NCBI GenBank assembly: GCA_963776245.1
Contig: CAVZLN010000006.1
Span: 5,215-69,214, forward strand
Length of the DNA: 64,000 nt
Direction of reading: 5' to 3'
Origin: Candidatus Eiseniibacteriota bacterium
Lineage (GTDB): Bacteria > Eisenbacteria > RBG-16-71-46
A program made the position numbers and the translations under genes. The notes beneath the pieces were generated by a model. It ran no database searches. It worked only from the letters and a program-made list of their open reading frames with translations, and had not been told where the DNA came from. Shown here piece by piece: positions 40,331-49,945 of the stretch; within the stretch, counting starts at the first letter, position 1; each line of letters begins with the position of its first letter.

Positions 40331-41392
40331 ATGAACGCTCCTGTCGCGTATTTCCTCGACGCGCCCGCCGCACCGCTGGTGCCGCGCGCGCTCGAGCTGG
40401 CCCCGCCCGGGCCCGGCGAGGCCGTCGTCGAGGTCCTCGCCTGCGGCCTGTGCCACACCGACCTCGGGTTCGCCGACGGCTCGGTGCGCCCCAATCACGC
40501 GCTTCCCCTGGTGCTCGGCCACGAGGTCGTGGGCACCGTCACCGCGACCGGGGACGGCGTGACGCTGAAGACCGGCACCCGCGTCATCGTGCCCGCGGTG
40601 CTGCCGTGCGGCACGTGCGCGTTCTGCCGCGCGGGCCGCGGGAACGCCTGCCCCTCGCAGAAGATGCCCGGCAACGACATCCACGGCGGCTTCGCCACCC
40701 ACCTGCTGGTGCCGGCCGCCCCGCTGGTCTCGCTCGACGGTCTGCCCGCGGGCGTGGACGTCCGGATGCTCTCGGTGGTGGCCGACGCGGTCTCGACCGC
40801 GTACCAGGCGGTGCGCCGCGCGGACCTCAAGGCCGGGGATGTCGCGTTCGTCGTCGGCGCGGGCGGCGTGGGCGGATTCGTCACCCAGATCGCGCACGCC
40901 ATGGGCGCACGGGTCGCGGTGTGCGACGTGCAGCCGGCCCGCCTCGCGCAGTTGCTCGCCCACGGCGCCGCGCACACCGCGGACGTCCGTGATCGCACGC
41001 CCCAGGAGGTCCGCAAGGAGCTGCACGCGCTGGCGCGCGGATGGGACGTGCCCTCGCTGCGCTGGCGCGTCTTCGAGTGCAGCGGGAGCCCCGCCGGGCA
41101 GACGCTCGCCTTCGGGCTCCTCTCCCGCGGCGCGACCCTGCTGCAGGTGGGCTACACCATCCAGACGGTGGAGGTGCGCCTCTCCAACCTGATGGCGTTC
41201 GACGCCACCATTCACGGCACCTGGGGCTGTCCGCCGGAGGCGTATGCCGATGTGCTGCGCCTGATCGCCGAGGGCAAGGTGGCGCTCGAGCCGTTCGTCG
41301 AGCACGCGCCGATGTCCTCGATCAACGAACTGCTCGACGCCCTGGCGCATCACCGGCTGGAGCGCCGCATGATCCTCGACCCTCGCCGCTAG
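40331..41392 (+). CDS. had: Zn-dependent medium-chain alcohol dehydrogenase; candidate 6-hydroxycyclohex-1-ene-1-carbonyl-CoA dehydrogenase
   Basis: GLCHTD and GHEVVGTV zinc-ADH signatures, GxGxxG NAD fold (VVGAGGVGGFV). Sits immediately upstream of oah and dch homologues. Confidence 0.65.
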   Translation: MNAPVAYFLDAPAAPLVPRALELAPPGPGEAVVEVLACGLCHTDLGFADGSVRPNHALPLVLGHEVVGTVTATGDGVTLKTGTRVIVPAVLPCGTCAFCRAGRGNACPSQKMPGNDIHGGFATHLLVPAAPLVSLDGLPAGVDVRMLSVVADAVSTAYQAVRRADLKAGDVAFVVGAGGVGGFVTQIAHAMGARVAVCDVQPARLAQLLAHGAAHTADVRDRTPQEVRKELHALARGWDVPSLRWRVFECSGSPAGQTLAFGLLSRGATLLQVGYTIQTVEVRLSNLMAFDATIHGTWGCPPEAYADVLRLIAEGKVALEPFVEHAPMSSINELLDALAHHRLERRMILDPRR

Positions 41393-41402
41393 GGAGCCGC
41401 CG

Positions 41403-42536
41403 ATGCCCGAGACCACGCACCCGCCGGTCGCCATGAAGAGCCACGAGCTCGACCCGGAGTTCCGTTTCCGCTCCATCCGCTACGAGGAGCGCCCGGTGCT
41501 GGGCCGCGACGGCACTCCCGTCGCCGGCCTGCACCAGACCTGGATCTGGCTCGACAACGAGAAGCAGCTCAACTCCTACACCACCGACGCGGTGAAGGAG
41601 ATCATCCTGGCGTTCCGCCGCGCCAGCATGGACCGCCGCAGCGTGGCGGTGGTGTTCACGGCGGTGGGGGCGCGCTCCTTCTGCACCGGCGGCAACACCG
41701 AGGAGTACGCGGTCTATTACGCCGGACGCCCGCTCGAGTACCTGCAGTACATGCGCCTGTTCAACGACATGGTCACCGCCATCCTGCTGTGCGACAAGCC
41801 GGTGATCTGCCGCGTCAACGGCATGCGCATCGGGGGCGGTCAGGAGATCGGCATGGCGTGCGACTTCTCGATCGCCGGCGACCACGCGCGCTTCGGCCAG
41901 GCCGGCCCGGTGCACGGCTCCGCGCCCGATGGCGGGTCGACCGACTTCCTCCACCTCTACGTGGGGTTCGGGAACGCGGCGGAGTCGCTGGTGTTGTGCG
42001 AGCCATGGTCGGCGCACAAGGCGCAGCGCCTCGGACTGGTGAACGAGATCGTGCCGGTGCACCGCGGCGCGGACGGCGCGTGGCTGCCCAACCCGTACGC
42101 GCACACCGACCGCTGGACCGACGCGATGGGCCGCGTCGTGTTCGGCGACTGGAAGACCGGGGACGACGCCCGCGCGGCCAAGGCGGCGGCCGCCGCGTGC
42201 ACCGTCGATCTCGCGCTGCTGGACGAGGCGGTGGACCGGATGGTCACCAAGCTCATGCACACCTTCCCCGACTGCACGCGCAAGACGCTCGAGAGCCTGC
42301 GCAAGAAGAAGCTCGAGCACTGGTACGCCAACAGCGAGACCAACCGCTCGTGGCTGGCGCTCAACATGAACACCGAGGCGGCGGCGGGATTCCCCGCGTT
42401 CCACTTCGGGGACAACAACGAGCGCACGATCGACTTCGCGGAGATGCGGCGCGCGTATGCGGAAGGCGCCCGCTTCGACGCCGACCTGGTGCGCCGCGTG
42501 CTGCCGCCCTCGGCGCGCGCGCGGATGGACACGTGA
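41403..42536 (+). CDS. oah: 6-oxocyclohex-1-ene-1-carbonyl-CoA hydrolase (ring-cleaving crotonase-family enzyme, BamA/Oah type)
   Basis: 377-aa crotonase-fold protein (AVGARSFCTGGNTEEY...RVNGMRIGGGQEIGMACDFSIA) with the long C-terminal extension characteristic of Oah/BamA rather than the about 260-aa standard hydratases. Neighbours had, dch, bcrCBAD. Confidence 0.7.
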   Translation: MPETTHPPVAMKSHELDPEFRFRSIRYEERPVLGRDGTPVAGLHQTWIWLDNEKQLNSYTTDAVKEIILAFRRASMDRRSVAVVFTAVGARSFCTGGNTEEYAVYYAGRPLEYLQYMRLFNDMVTAILLCDKPVICRVNGMRIGGGQEIGMACDFSIAGDHARFGQAGPVHGSAPDGGSTDFLHLYVGFGNAAESLVLCEPWSAHKAQRLGLVNEIVPVHRGADGAWLPNPYAHTDRWTDAMGRVVFGDWKTGDDARAAKAAAAACTVDLALLDEAVDRMVTKLMHTFPDCTRKTLESLRKKKLEHWYANSETNRSWLALNMNTEAAAGFPAFHFGDNNERTIDFAEMRRAYAEGARFDADLVRRVLPPSARARMDT

Positions 42537-42546
42537 GGAGGCGACG

Positions 42547-43347
42547 ATGAACCTCCCCCCTGCCCCCTCCTCCCTGTCGCGCGCGGAGCTGATCGAGCAC
42601 GGCACGGTATTGCGCATCGTGATGGACAAGCCCAAGGGCAACGTGCTCTCGCGCGCGATGATGTCCGAGCTCGCGGCCACCCTCGCGGCGCACCGCGACC
42701 TGCCCCACCTGCGGCTGGTGATCCTGCGCGGTGCGGGCGGCCACTTCTCCTTCGGTGCCGCGGTCGAGGAGCACGTGCCCGAACTGGCGGCCGCGATGCT
42801 CGCGGAGTTCCACGCCTTCATCCGCGCGCTCGCGGCCTATCCGGTGCCGGTGGCGGCGCTGGTCGAGGGACGCTGCCTGGGCGGGGCGTTCGAGACCGTG
42901 CTCGCCTGCCATCTGGTGTTCGCCGCGTCGAACGCGCGCTTCGGCTGCCCCGAGATCAAGCTCGGCGTGTTCCCTCCGGTGCTCGCGGCGGCGGGCGCGC
43001 TGCGGCTCGGCGGCGCGCTCGCCGAGCGGCTGCTGGTCACCGGCGACGAGCTCGACGCCGCGGCCGCGGCGCGTGCCGGGCTGGTCGCGCGCGTGCTCGA
43101 GGACGGCACCGACCCCGAGGCCGCGGTGCTCGAGTGGTACCGCGAGCGACTCGCGCCCCTGTCGGCGTTCTCGCTGCGCGCCGCGACCCGCGCCGCGCGG
43201 GAGGGCTCGGGCCTGCTCGCCGCCCTCGGGGCGCCGCTCGACGCCGCGGAGCGGCTCTACCTCGAGCGGCTGGTGCCGAGCTACGACGGCAACGAGGGCG
43301 TCGCCGCGTTCCTGGCGCGTCGCGCGCCGGTCTGGAAGGACGCGTGA
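42547..43347 (+). CDS. dch: enoyl-CoA hydratase; candidate cyclohexa-1,5-diene-1-carbonyl-CoA hydratase
   Basis: 266-aa crotonase (LRGAGGHFSFGAAVEE...EGRCLGGAFETVLACHLVFAASNARFGCPEIKLGVFP). Confidence 0.6.
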   Translation: MNLPPAPSSLSRAELIEHGTVLRIVMDKPKGNVLSRAMMSELAATLAAHRDLPHLRLVILRGAGGHFSFGAAVEEHVPELAAAMLAEFHAFIRALAAYPVPVAALVEGRCLGGAFETVLACHLVFAASNARFGCPEIKLGVFPPVLAAAGALRLGGALAERLLVTGDELDAAAAARAGLVARVLEDGTDPEAAVLEWYRERLAPLSAFSLRAATRAAREGSGLLAALGAPLDAAERLYLERLVPSYDGNEGVAAFLARRAPVWKDA

Positions 43348-44051
43348 ACGATCCCCCCCGGCGCATCCCGCCCTCGCCGCGCGTGGCGCGCAAGGAGGCC
43401 GGGCGCGTGGACATCCTGCAGGCCGCGGCCGGCCTGCTGGCGACCCATGGGTATCACGGCATGTCGATGCGCGACCTCGCGGCCGCCGCCGGCATGAGCC
43501 TCGCCAATCTCTACAACTACTTCGGCTCGAAGGAGGACCTGCTGTTCGCGCTCCAGACGCGCTCCTTCGAGACCCTGATCGCCATCGCCGCGGAGGTCAC
43601 GGCGGGCGCCGGGAACGCCGAGGCGCAGCTGCACGCGTTCATCCTCAGCCACGTGCGCTACGTGTCGAGCCATCGCGACGTCATGCGCGTGCTGGTCGAG
43701 GAGGCGGGCGGGCTGCCACCCGCACAACGCCGCGCCGTGCGCGCGCTCAAGGAGCGCTATTTCCGCCTCGGGCTCGCCACCGTGCGCGCGGCCCAGCCGC
43801 GCGGACGCCCGGCCGGCCGCCGGTCACTCGAACGCATCACCTACAGCATCTTCGGCATGCTCAACTGGGTGTACGCGTGGTACGAGCCGGGGCGTCACGG
43901 CTCGCCCCACGAGGTCGCGCGCACCATCCATCGTCTCGCGATGACCGGGATGGCCGGTCGCGCGTCCGGCCGCGCTTCGCTCACCGCCACCGAGCGTCAC
44001 GTCGAGCGGGTGGCCGTCCGCTCCCCGATCCATCTGCACCCTCCCGACTGA
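43344..44051 (+). CDS. TetR-family transcriptional regulator
   Basis: N-terminal HTH RVDILQAAAGLLATHGYHGMSMRDLAAAAGMSLANLYNYFGSKEDLL. GTG start overlaps the dch stop (GTGA). Confidence 0.75.
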   Translation: MNDPPRRIPPSPRVARKEAGRVDILQAAAGLLATHGYHGMSMRDLAAAAGMSLANLYNYFGSKEDLLFALQTRSFETLIAIAAEVTAGAGNAEAQLHAFILSHVRYVSSHRDVMRVLVEEAGGLPPAQRRAVRALKERYFRLGLATVRAAQPRGRPAGRRSLERITYSIFGMLNWVYAWYEPGRHGSPHEVARTIHRLAMTGMAGRASGRASLTATERHVERVAVRSPIHLHPPD

Positions 44052-44062
44052 GGACGATCCCC

Positions 44063-45268
44063 ATGGATCCCGCCCGTACCGCCCCGACCCCGCCGGACCC
44101 CTGCGCGCCGTTCCTCGAGCGCGCGCTGGAGCAGGTCGAGGACCACACCTTCGCCGCCGTGCGCGCGTGGAAGGCCGCCCATCCGGGAGCGCTCGCGATC
44201 GGGCACATGCCGATCTACGCGCCGCGCCCGCTGCTCGAGGCGATGGGATGCCTGCCGGTCGCCGTGTTCGGCGCCGGCGCGCAGATCGACATCATCCGCG
44301 GCGATTCGTACTTCCAGTCCTACATGTGCCACATCCCGCGCAGCACGCTCGAGCTCGCGCTCAACGGCCACCTCGACGCGCTCGACGGGATGCTGTTCCC
44401 GTCCATCTGCGACGTCATCCGCAATCTCGGCGGGATGTGGCACATGCTCTTCCCGGAGCGCTACGCGTTCTACCTCGATCTGCCGCAGAACTTCGACGCG
44501 GCGCTCGGCGGCCGCTTCTACGTCGAGCAGATGCGCACCGTGGCGCGCGACCTCGAGGCCCGCGGCGCGCGGCCGCTCACCGACGCCGCGCTCCGCGCGG
44601 CGCTCGCCGACGAGGACGCCCGGCGCGAGCGGCTGGCCACCCTCGACGCGCTGCGCCGTCGCGAGCCGTGGCGCGTGCGCTGTTCGGAGGCCTACCTGAT
44701 CGTGCGCGCCGGCACCCAGATGCTGGCGCGGGAGCACACCGCCCTGCTCGACGCGTTCCTCGCCGCCGCCGCCGATCGCCCGGCCAGGGTCTTCGACAAC
44801 GCGCGCGTCGTGCTGGTGGGATCGTTCTGCGAGCAGCCGCCGATCGAGCTGATCCGCACGCTCGAACGCGCCGGCTGCGACATCCTCGACGACGACCTGC
44901 AGCTCGGCCTGCGGATGATCGAGCAGCCGGTCGCGGCGGGCGCGGACGAGCCGCCGCTCGACGCGCTCGCCCGGGGCTACCTGGAGCACGGCGCGGCGAC
45001 CGCTTCGCGGTACATCGCCGAGGGCGTCAAGGGCGCGGCGCTGATCGAGAAAGTGCGGGCCTGCGGCGCCGACGGCGTCATCTTCGCCGCCGCGTCGTTC
45101 TGCGACCCGGCGCTGCTCGACCAACCGATGCTGGAGGTCGCGCTGGACGCCGCCGGGATCCCGCACACCAGCGTGAAGTTCGCCGAGAACACCGGCCAGT
45201 TCCAGACCACGCGCGAGCAGGCCGGCGCGTTCTCCGACGCCGTCAAGCTCTGGGAGGGCCAGTCATGA
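44063..45268 (+). CDS. bcrC: benzoyl-CoA reductase subunit C (HgdB-like)
   Basis: About 400 aa, 2-hydroxyglutaryl-CoA dehydratase component-D-like. First of four co-directional genes in bcrCBAD order. Confidence 0.75.
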   Translation: MDPARTAPTPPDPCAPFLERALEQVEDHTFAAVRAWKAAHPGALAIGHMPIYAPRPLLEAMGCLPVAVFGAGAQIDIIRGDSYFQSYMCHIPRSTLELALNGHLDALDGMLFPSICDVIRNLGGMWHMLFPERYAFYLDLPQNFDAALGGRFYVEQMRTVARDLEARGARPLTDAALRAALADEDARRERLATLDALRRREPWRVRCSEAYLIVRAGTQMLAREHTALLDAFLAAAADRPARVFDNARVVLVGSFCEQPPIELIRTLERAGCDILDDDLQLGLRMIEQPVAAGADEPPLDALARGYLEHGAATASRYIAEGVKGAALIEKVRACGADGVIFAAASFCDPALLDQPMLEVALDAAGIPHTSVKFAENTGQFQTTREQAGAFSDAVKLWEGQS

Positions 45269-46572
45269 GCACCCCCACGCCGCCCGCCACGCCCGCCGCT
45301 CCCGAGAGCGCCAAGGACCTGAGCCAGGTCCGGCAGAAGCGCATGATCGCGGATCTGTTCGACCGTCTCGCGCGCTCGAAGGCGGACGGCAAGCCGGTGG
45401 TCTACACGTTCGTGCCCGGGAACCTCACCGAGATGATCGGCGCGCTCGACATGCTGCCGGTGCTGCCCGAGATCAACGCCCTGCAATCCGGGATGCGCGG
45501 ACGCTCGGGCGGCTACATCGCCGAGGCCGAGAAGGCCGGGCACTCCGAGGACGTCTGCACGTACGTCAAGTGCGACATCGGGATGCTGCGCAGCGGCAAC
45601 ATCGGCCCCACCGGCACCAAGCTCCCGGAGCCCGACCTGCTGCTGCTCTCCTATACCGGCTGCTTCACGTTCATGAAGTGGTTCGAGCTGCTGCGCGAGC
45701 AGTACAAGTGCCCGGTCGTGATGCTCCACGTGCCGTACCAGCCGGACGGGATCATCACGCCGGACATGCGCCGCTACGTGGTGGAGCAGCTGCGCGACAA
45801 GGTGGTGCCCGCGCTCGAGGCGGTCGCCGGCCGGAAGCTCGACCTCGACGAGCTGGCGCGCCGGCTGGCGCTATCCGCCCAGGCCGAAGACGATCTGGTG
45901 GCGGTGTGGGAGTCGGCGCGCCACCGCCCCTCGCCCATCGACGGCTACTTCGGCGGCGTGTACTACATCGGACCGATCTTCAGCGCCTTCCGGGGCACCG
46001 AGGACGCGGTCGCCTACTACCGCGAGCTGCGCGCAGAGGTCGAGGCGCGCATCGCCAGCGGCGAGGGCCCGACCACGCCCGACGGTCCGCTCGGCGAGGA
46101 GCGCTACCGCCTGGTCATCGAGGGCCCGCCGAACTGGACCAGCTTCAACGATTTCTGGCGCATGTTCTCGCGTGAGGGCGCGGTGGTGGTGGCGAGCACG
46201 TACACGCGCGTGGGCGGGCTCTACGACACCGGATTCCGCCACGACCCCCGGCATCCGCTCGAGAGCCTCGCCGACTACTGCCTCGGCTGCTACACCAACC
46301 TCGGGTTGTCGTCGCGCGTCGCGCTGCTCGAGCGCTACATCCGCGACTACCACGCCGACGGCTTCATCATCAACAGCGTGAAGTCGTGCAATTCGTTCAG
46401 CGCCGGCCAGCTGCTCATGCTGCGCGAGCTCGAGAAGCGCACCGGCGTGCCGGGCGGGTTCATCGAGTCCGACCTCGTGGATCCGCGCTACTTCGGCAAG
46501 GCCAACATCGAGAACCGGATCCAATCCTACCTGCAGATGATCGAGGCGCGCCGCCACGGAGGATTCGCATGA
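45265..46572 (+). CDS. bcrB: benzoyl-CoA reductase subunit B (HgdA-like)
   Basis: About 435 aa HgdA/BcrB-family protein (CTYVKCDIGML, SYTGCFTFMKWFELL). Start overlaps the bcrC stop. Confidence 0.75.
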   Translation: MSTPTPPATPAAPESAKDLSQVRQKRMIADLFDRLARSKADGKPVVYTFVPGNLTEMIGALDMLPVLPEINALQSGMRGRSGGYIAEAEKAGHSEDVCTYVKCDIGMLRSGNIGPTGTKLPEPDLLLLSYTGCFTFMKWFELLREQYKCPVVMLHVPYQPDGIITPDMRRYVVEQLRDKVVPALEAVAGRKLDLDELARRLALSAQAEDDLVAVWESARHRPSPIDGYFGGVYYIGPIFSAFRGTEDAVAYYRELRAEVEARIASGEGPTTPDGPLGEERYRLVIEGPPNWTSFNDFWRMFSREGAVVVASTYTRVGGLYDTGFRHDPRHPLESLADYCLGCYTNLGLSSRVALLERYIRDYHADGFIINSVKSCNSFSAGQLLMLRELEKRTGVPGGFIESDLVDPRYFGKANIENRIQSYLQMIEARRHGGFA

Positions 46573-48011
46573 AGTGCGTCGTCGGCATCGACCTCGGCTC
46601 GACCACCACCAAGGCCGTCCTCATGGACGAGCACGGCGCCATCCTCGGCCAGGGCATCACCAACAGCCGGAGCAACTACGAGGTGGCCTGCGCGGTGGCC
46701 CACGAGGAAGCGCTGCTCTCCGCGCGCCGCAGCCTGGTGGAGCGCGCCATCGCGGCCCTCGAAGGCCCGGGCGCGGACGAGTCGCGCACGCTCGGCCCGC
46801 GGCTGTTCGACGCGCTGCGGCTCGAGATGTACCTCGAGGAACTGGGGGAGCTCGCGGAAGCGGTGCTCCACCACCTCGCGCATCCGGGGGTGCGCGGGGC
46901 TCGCGAGACCCTCGAGCCCGCCGCGCGCGAGGTGCTGGGCGACATGGAGCGCACCGCGCCGGAGATGTTCCTGGGCGCGGCCCCGCGCAAGAGCGACTTC
47001 TTCCGCGACCTCGCCGGAGCCGCGTTCATGGCCGGCGCCGAGCGCATCTGCGCGAGCGGAGCGGTGCCGTTCGACCGGCTGGTGGGATTGTTCGACCGCG
47101 CGATCCTCGACGTCGAGGTCCGCTTCCGCCGCCCGCAGTTCTCCGCGCTGGTGCGGCGCGCTCTCGAGCGCATCGCCCCCGCGCGCGAGGCCGGGCATGT
47201 CGCGGCGCGTCCGCGCATCGAGGAGGTGCTGCGCGACGCCGCCGACCTGCCGCTCGACGAGGTGGCGTTCGTGGGGACCGGCTACGGGCGCCAGACCCTG
47301 CCGTTCCCCAAGGAGGCGGTGCGCAGCGAGATCCTCTGCCATGGCCGTGGCGCCCACGACTCGTTCGCCGACACGCGCACCGTGCTCGACATCGGCGGGC
47401 AGGACACCAAGGCCATCCAGGTGAACGAGATCGGCGTCGTGACGTCGTTCCAGATGAACGACCGCTGCGCCGCCGGCTGCGGGCGCTACCTGGGCTACAT
47501 CGCCGACGAGCTGAATCTCGGCCTCCACGAACTCGGCCCGCTCGCGCTCCAGGCGCGCAAGCTGGTGCGCGTGAACTCCACGTGCACGGTGTTCGCGGGC
47601 GCCGAGCTGCGCGACCGGCTGGCGCTGGGACAGAACCGCGCGGACATCCTGGCGGGGCTCCATCGGGCGATGATGCTGCGCGCGATGTCCCTGCTGGCGC
47701 GCTCCGGCGGGATCGACAACGCCTTCACGTTCACCGGTGGGGTGTGCAAGAACCCGATGGCGACGCGCATCCTGGCGGAGCTGGTGCACGAGCACTATGG
47801 CGCCGGCATCACGCTCCACACCCACGCCGATTCGATCTACATGGGCGCGCGCGGCGCCGCGCTGTTCGCGCTCGACGACCTGCGCGCCGGGCGCCCGGGG
47901 ATCCTGCCCAACTTCGGCCGCGCCGCCGATCCGCCGGCCGAGGAGCCCCCCTGCGGGGGCGGCGAGCCCGCGACGGTCCAGTTCGGCCATGACGCGAAAG
48001 CACAGGGGTAA
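46569..48011 (+). CDS. bcrA: benzoyl-CoA reductase subunit A (ATPase, BadF/BadG/BcrA/BcrD family)
   Basis: MKCVVGIDLGSTTTKAVLMDE (acetate/sugar-kinase-fold ATPase N-terminus) and DRCAAGCGRYL cluster-ligating region. ATGA overlap with bcrB. Confidence 0.8.
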   Translation: MKCVVGIDLGSTTTKAVLMDEHGAILGQGITNSRSNYEVACAVAHEEALLSARRSLVERAIAALEGPGADESRTLGPRLFDALRLEMYLEELGELAEAVLHHLAHPGVRGARETLEPAAREVLGDMERTAPEMFLGAAPRKSDFFRDLAGAAFMAGAERICASGAVPFDRLVGLFDRAILDVEVRFRRPQFSALVRRALERIAPAREAGHVAARPRIEEVLRDAADLPLDEVAFVGTGYGRQTLPFPKEAVRSEILCHGRGAHDSFADTRTVLDIGGQDTKAIQVNEIGVVTSFQMNDRCAAGCGRYLGYIADELNLGLHELGPLALQARKLVRVNSTCTVFAGAELRDRLALGQNRADILAGLHRAMMLRAMSLLARSGGIDNAFTFTGGVCKNPMATRILAELVHEHYGAGITLHTHADSIYMGARGAALFALDDLRAGRPGILPNFGRAADPPAEEPPCGGGEPATVQFGHDAKAQG

Positions 48012-48015
48012 CCCG

Positions 48016-48942
48016 ATGCCCATCCAGCATCTACAGCCGCTCCTCACGGCCGGTGTCGACGTCGGTTCGAGCGCCATCAAGATCGCGCTGATGCAGAGCG
48101 GCGGGGACGGGCCGCCCGCCATGCTCGCCACCGCGACCGAGCGCATCCGCCGGCGCAACGTGTACGAGGTCACCCAGCGCGCCTTCACCGCCACCTGCGA
48201 GGCCGCCGGGGTCGCGCCCGGCGCGTTCGACTACATCGCCTCGACCGGCGACGGCGACGCGGTCCCGTTCCGCACCGGACACTTCTACAGCATGACCACC
48301 CACGCGGCCGGCGCCCTGCACCTGGTGCCGCGCGCGCGCGCCGCGCTCGACGTCGGCGCGCTGCACGCGCGCGCCATCCGCATGGACGACCGCGGCAAGG
48401 TGCTCGCCCACCGCATGACCAGCCAGTGCGCGAGTGGCAGCGGCCAGTTCCTGGAGAACATCGCCCGCTACCTGGGTGTGGCGCTCGCGGACGTCGGCAC
48501 GCTCTCGCTCGCGGCCCGCCGCAGCGAACCGGTGTCGAGCATCTGCGCGGTGCTCGCCGAGACCGACGTCATCAACATGGTGAGCCGCGGCATCTCCACG
48601 GCCGAGATCCTGCGCGGCATCCACCACAGCATCGCCGGCCGGCTGGTGCGGCTGGTGCGCTCGGTCGGCGCCACCGACGTGGTGCTCGTGACCGGCGGGC
48701 TGGCGCAGGACGGGGGGCTGCTCGAACGGCTGGAGACCCTCATCAACGAGGGCGACGAGGCCACCCGGGCCGCGCCGCTGCGCGTCGTGACGCACCCCGA
48801 GGCGATCCTCGCGGGCGCCGTCGGCGCGGCCCTGCTGGGCGCCTACCGGCACCGCCAGCTGGCGCAGAGCGGCCGGCTGGCCGCCGCGGGCACGGCGGTC
48901 GGCGTCACAGCGGGGGATCGTACGGAAATACGTCCGCGGTGA
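48016..48942 (+). CDS. bcrD: benzoyl-CoA reductase subunit D (ATPase)
   Basis: LTAGVDVGSSAIKIALMQ...TSQCASGSGQFLENIARYLG...VVLVTGGLAQDGGL (BcrD/BadG/HgdC-type activase fold). Confidence 0.8.
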   Translation: MPIQHLQPLLTAGVDVGSSAIKIALMQSGGDGPPAMLATATERIRRRNVYEVTQRAFTATCEAAGVAPGAFDYIASTGDGDAVPFRTGHFYSMTTHAAGALHLVPRARAALDVGALHARAIRMDDRGKVLAHRMTSQCASGSGQFLENIARYLGVALADVGTLSLAARRSEPVSSICAVLAETDVINMVSRGISTAEILRGIHHSIAGRLVRLVRSVGATDVVLVTGGLAQDGGLLERLETLINEGDEATRAAPLRVVTHPEAILAGAVGAALLGAYRHRQLAQSGRLAAAGTAVGVTAGDRTEIRPR

Positions 48943-49816
48943 CCTCGAGCGGCACGAACGCATCGCGCAGCGGGCCCTCGAGGGCCGCGGCGACGGACTC
49001 CGCGGTCCATCCCCCGGCCTGGTGGAGCTTGACCGTGGGACGGGGCAGCGAGAACAGCACCAGCTCGGCGCCCCGCACCGCGAACACCTGCCCGCTCACG
49101 CCGCGCGCGGCGTCCGAGACCAGCACCACCGCGAGCGGGGCCACCTGGTCGGCGCGGAGGCGCTGGAGCCCCTCGACGCGCGCTCGCTCGGCGTCGGAGC
49201 TGGCGCCGCCCAGCGTGCCGGTGATGCGCGTCCACGCGAACGGGGCGATGGCGTTGGCGCGGACCCCGAAGCGCGCCAGGTCGAGCGCGATCGAGCGCGT
49301 GAGCCCGACGATGCCGAGCTTGGCGGCGGCATAGTTGGCCTGGCCGAGATTGCCGATGAGCCCCGACGTGGAGGTCATGTTGAGCACCGCCCCCGCGCCC
49401 TGCGCGCGGAAGCGCTCCGCCGCGGCGCGCGACACGTTGAAGGTGCCCTTGAGGTGCACCGCGATGACCGCGTCCCAGTCGGCCTCGGTCATCTTGTGGA
49501 AGATGACGTCCCGCAGGATGCCGGCGTTGTTCACCACGAAGTCGACGCGGCCGAACTCCCGCACGCAACGCTCGACCATGGCGTGGGAGTCGTCCCACGA
49601 CGCCACCGAGCCGTGGTCCGCGACCGCGCGGCCGCCCGCGGTCCCGATGGCGGCCACCACCTCGTCCGCGGGACGCTCGGTCGAGGGCGCTCCATCCACC
49701 GCCACCCCCGCGTCGTTCACCACCACCCCGGCGCCCGCCGCCGCCAGCGCCCGCGCGATCTCGCGCCCGATGCCGCGACCCGCGCCGGTGACCACCCCGG
49801 CCTTGCCCTGGAGCAT
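48905..49816 (-). CDS. short-chain dehydrogenase/reductase (SDR)
   Basis: GKAGVVTGAGRGIGREIA (TGxxxGxG) and NNAG...YAAAK active-site pattern. 303 aa. The upstream 500 codons of ORF 48905-51346 are antisense to the next gene and not coding. Confidence 0.8.
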   Translation of the reverse strand: MLQGKAGVVTGAGRGIGREIARALAAAGAGVVVNDAGVAVDGAPSTERPADEVVAAIGTAGGRAVADHGSVASWDDSHAMVERCVREFGRVDFVVNNAGILRDVIFHKMTEADWDAVIAVHLKGTFNVSRAAAERFRAQGAGAVLNMTSTSGLIGNLGQANYAAAKLGIVGLTRSIALDLARFGVRANAIAPFAWTRITGTLGGASSDAERARVEGLQRLRADQVAPLAVVLVSDAARGVSGQVFAVRGAELVLFSLPRPTVKLHQAGGWTAESVAAALEGPLRDAFVPLEVTADVFPYDPPL

Positions 49817-49945
49817 CTTCGCCTTTCCCGGCGCCGCCGTGCGATTCTCGGCGGCGCGCGCCCGTTCGATGTCGTACAGTCCCCCGGCCGAACCTGGTCG
49901 CCGCTCGCCCGCGGACCGCATCGCGCGGTCCTGAGGAGGACACCC

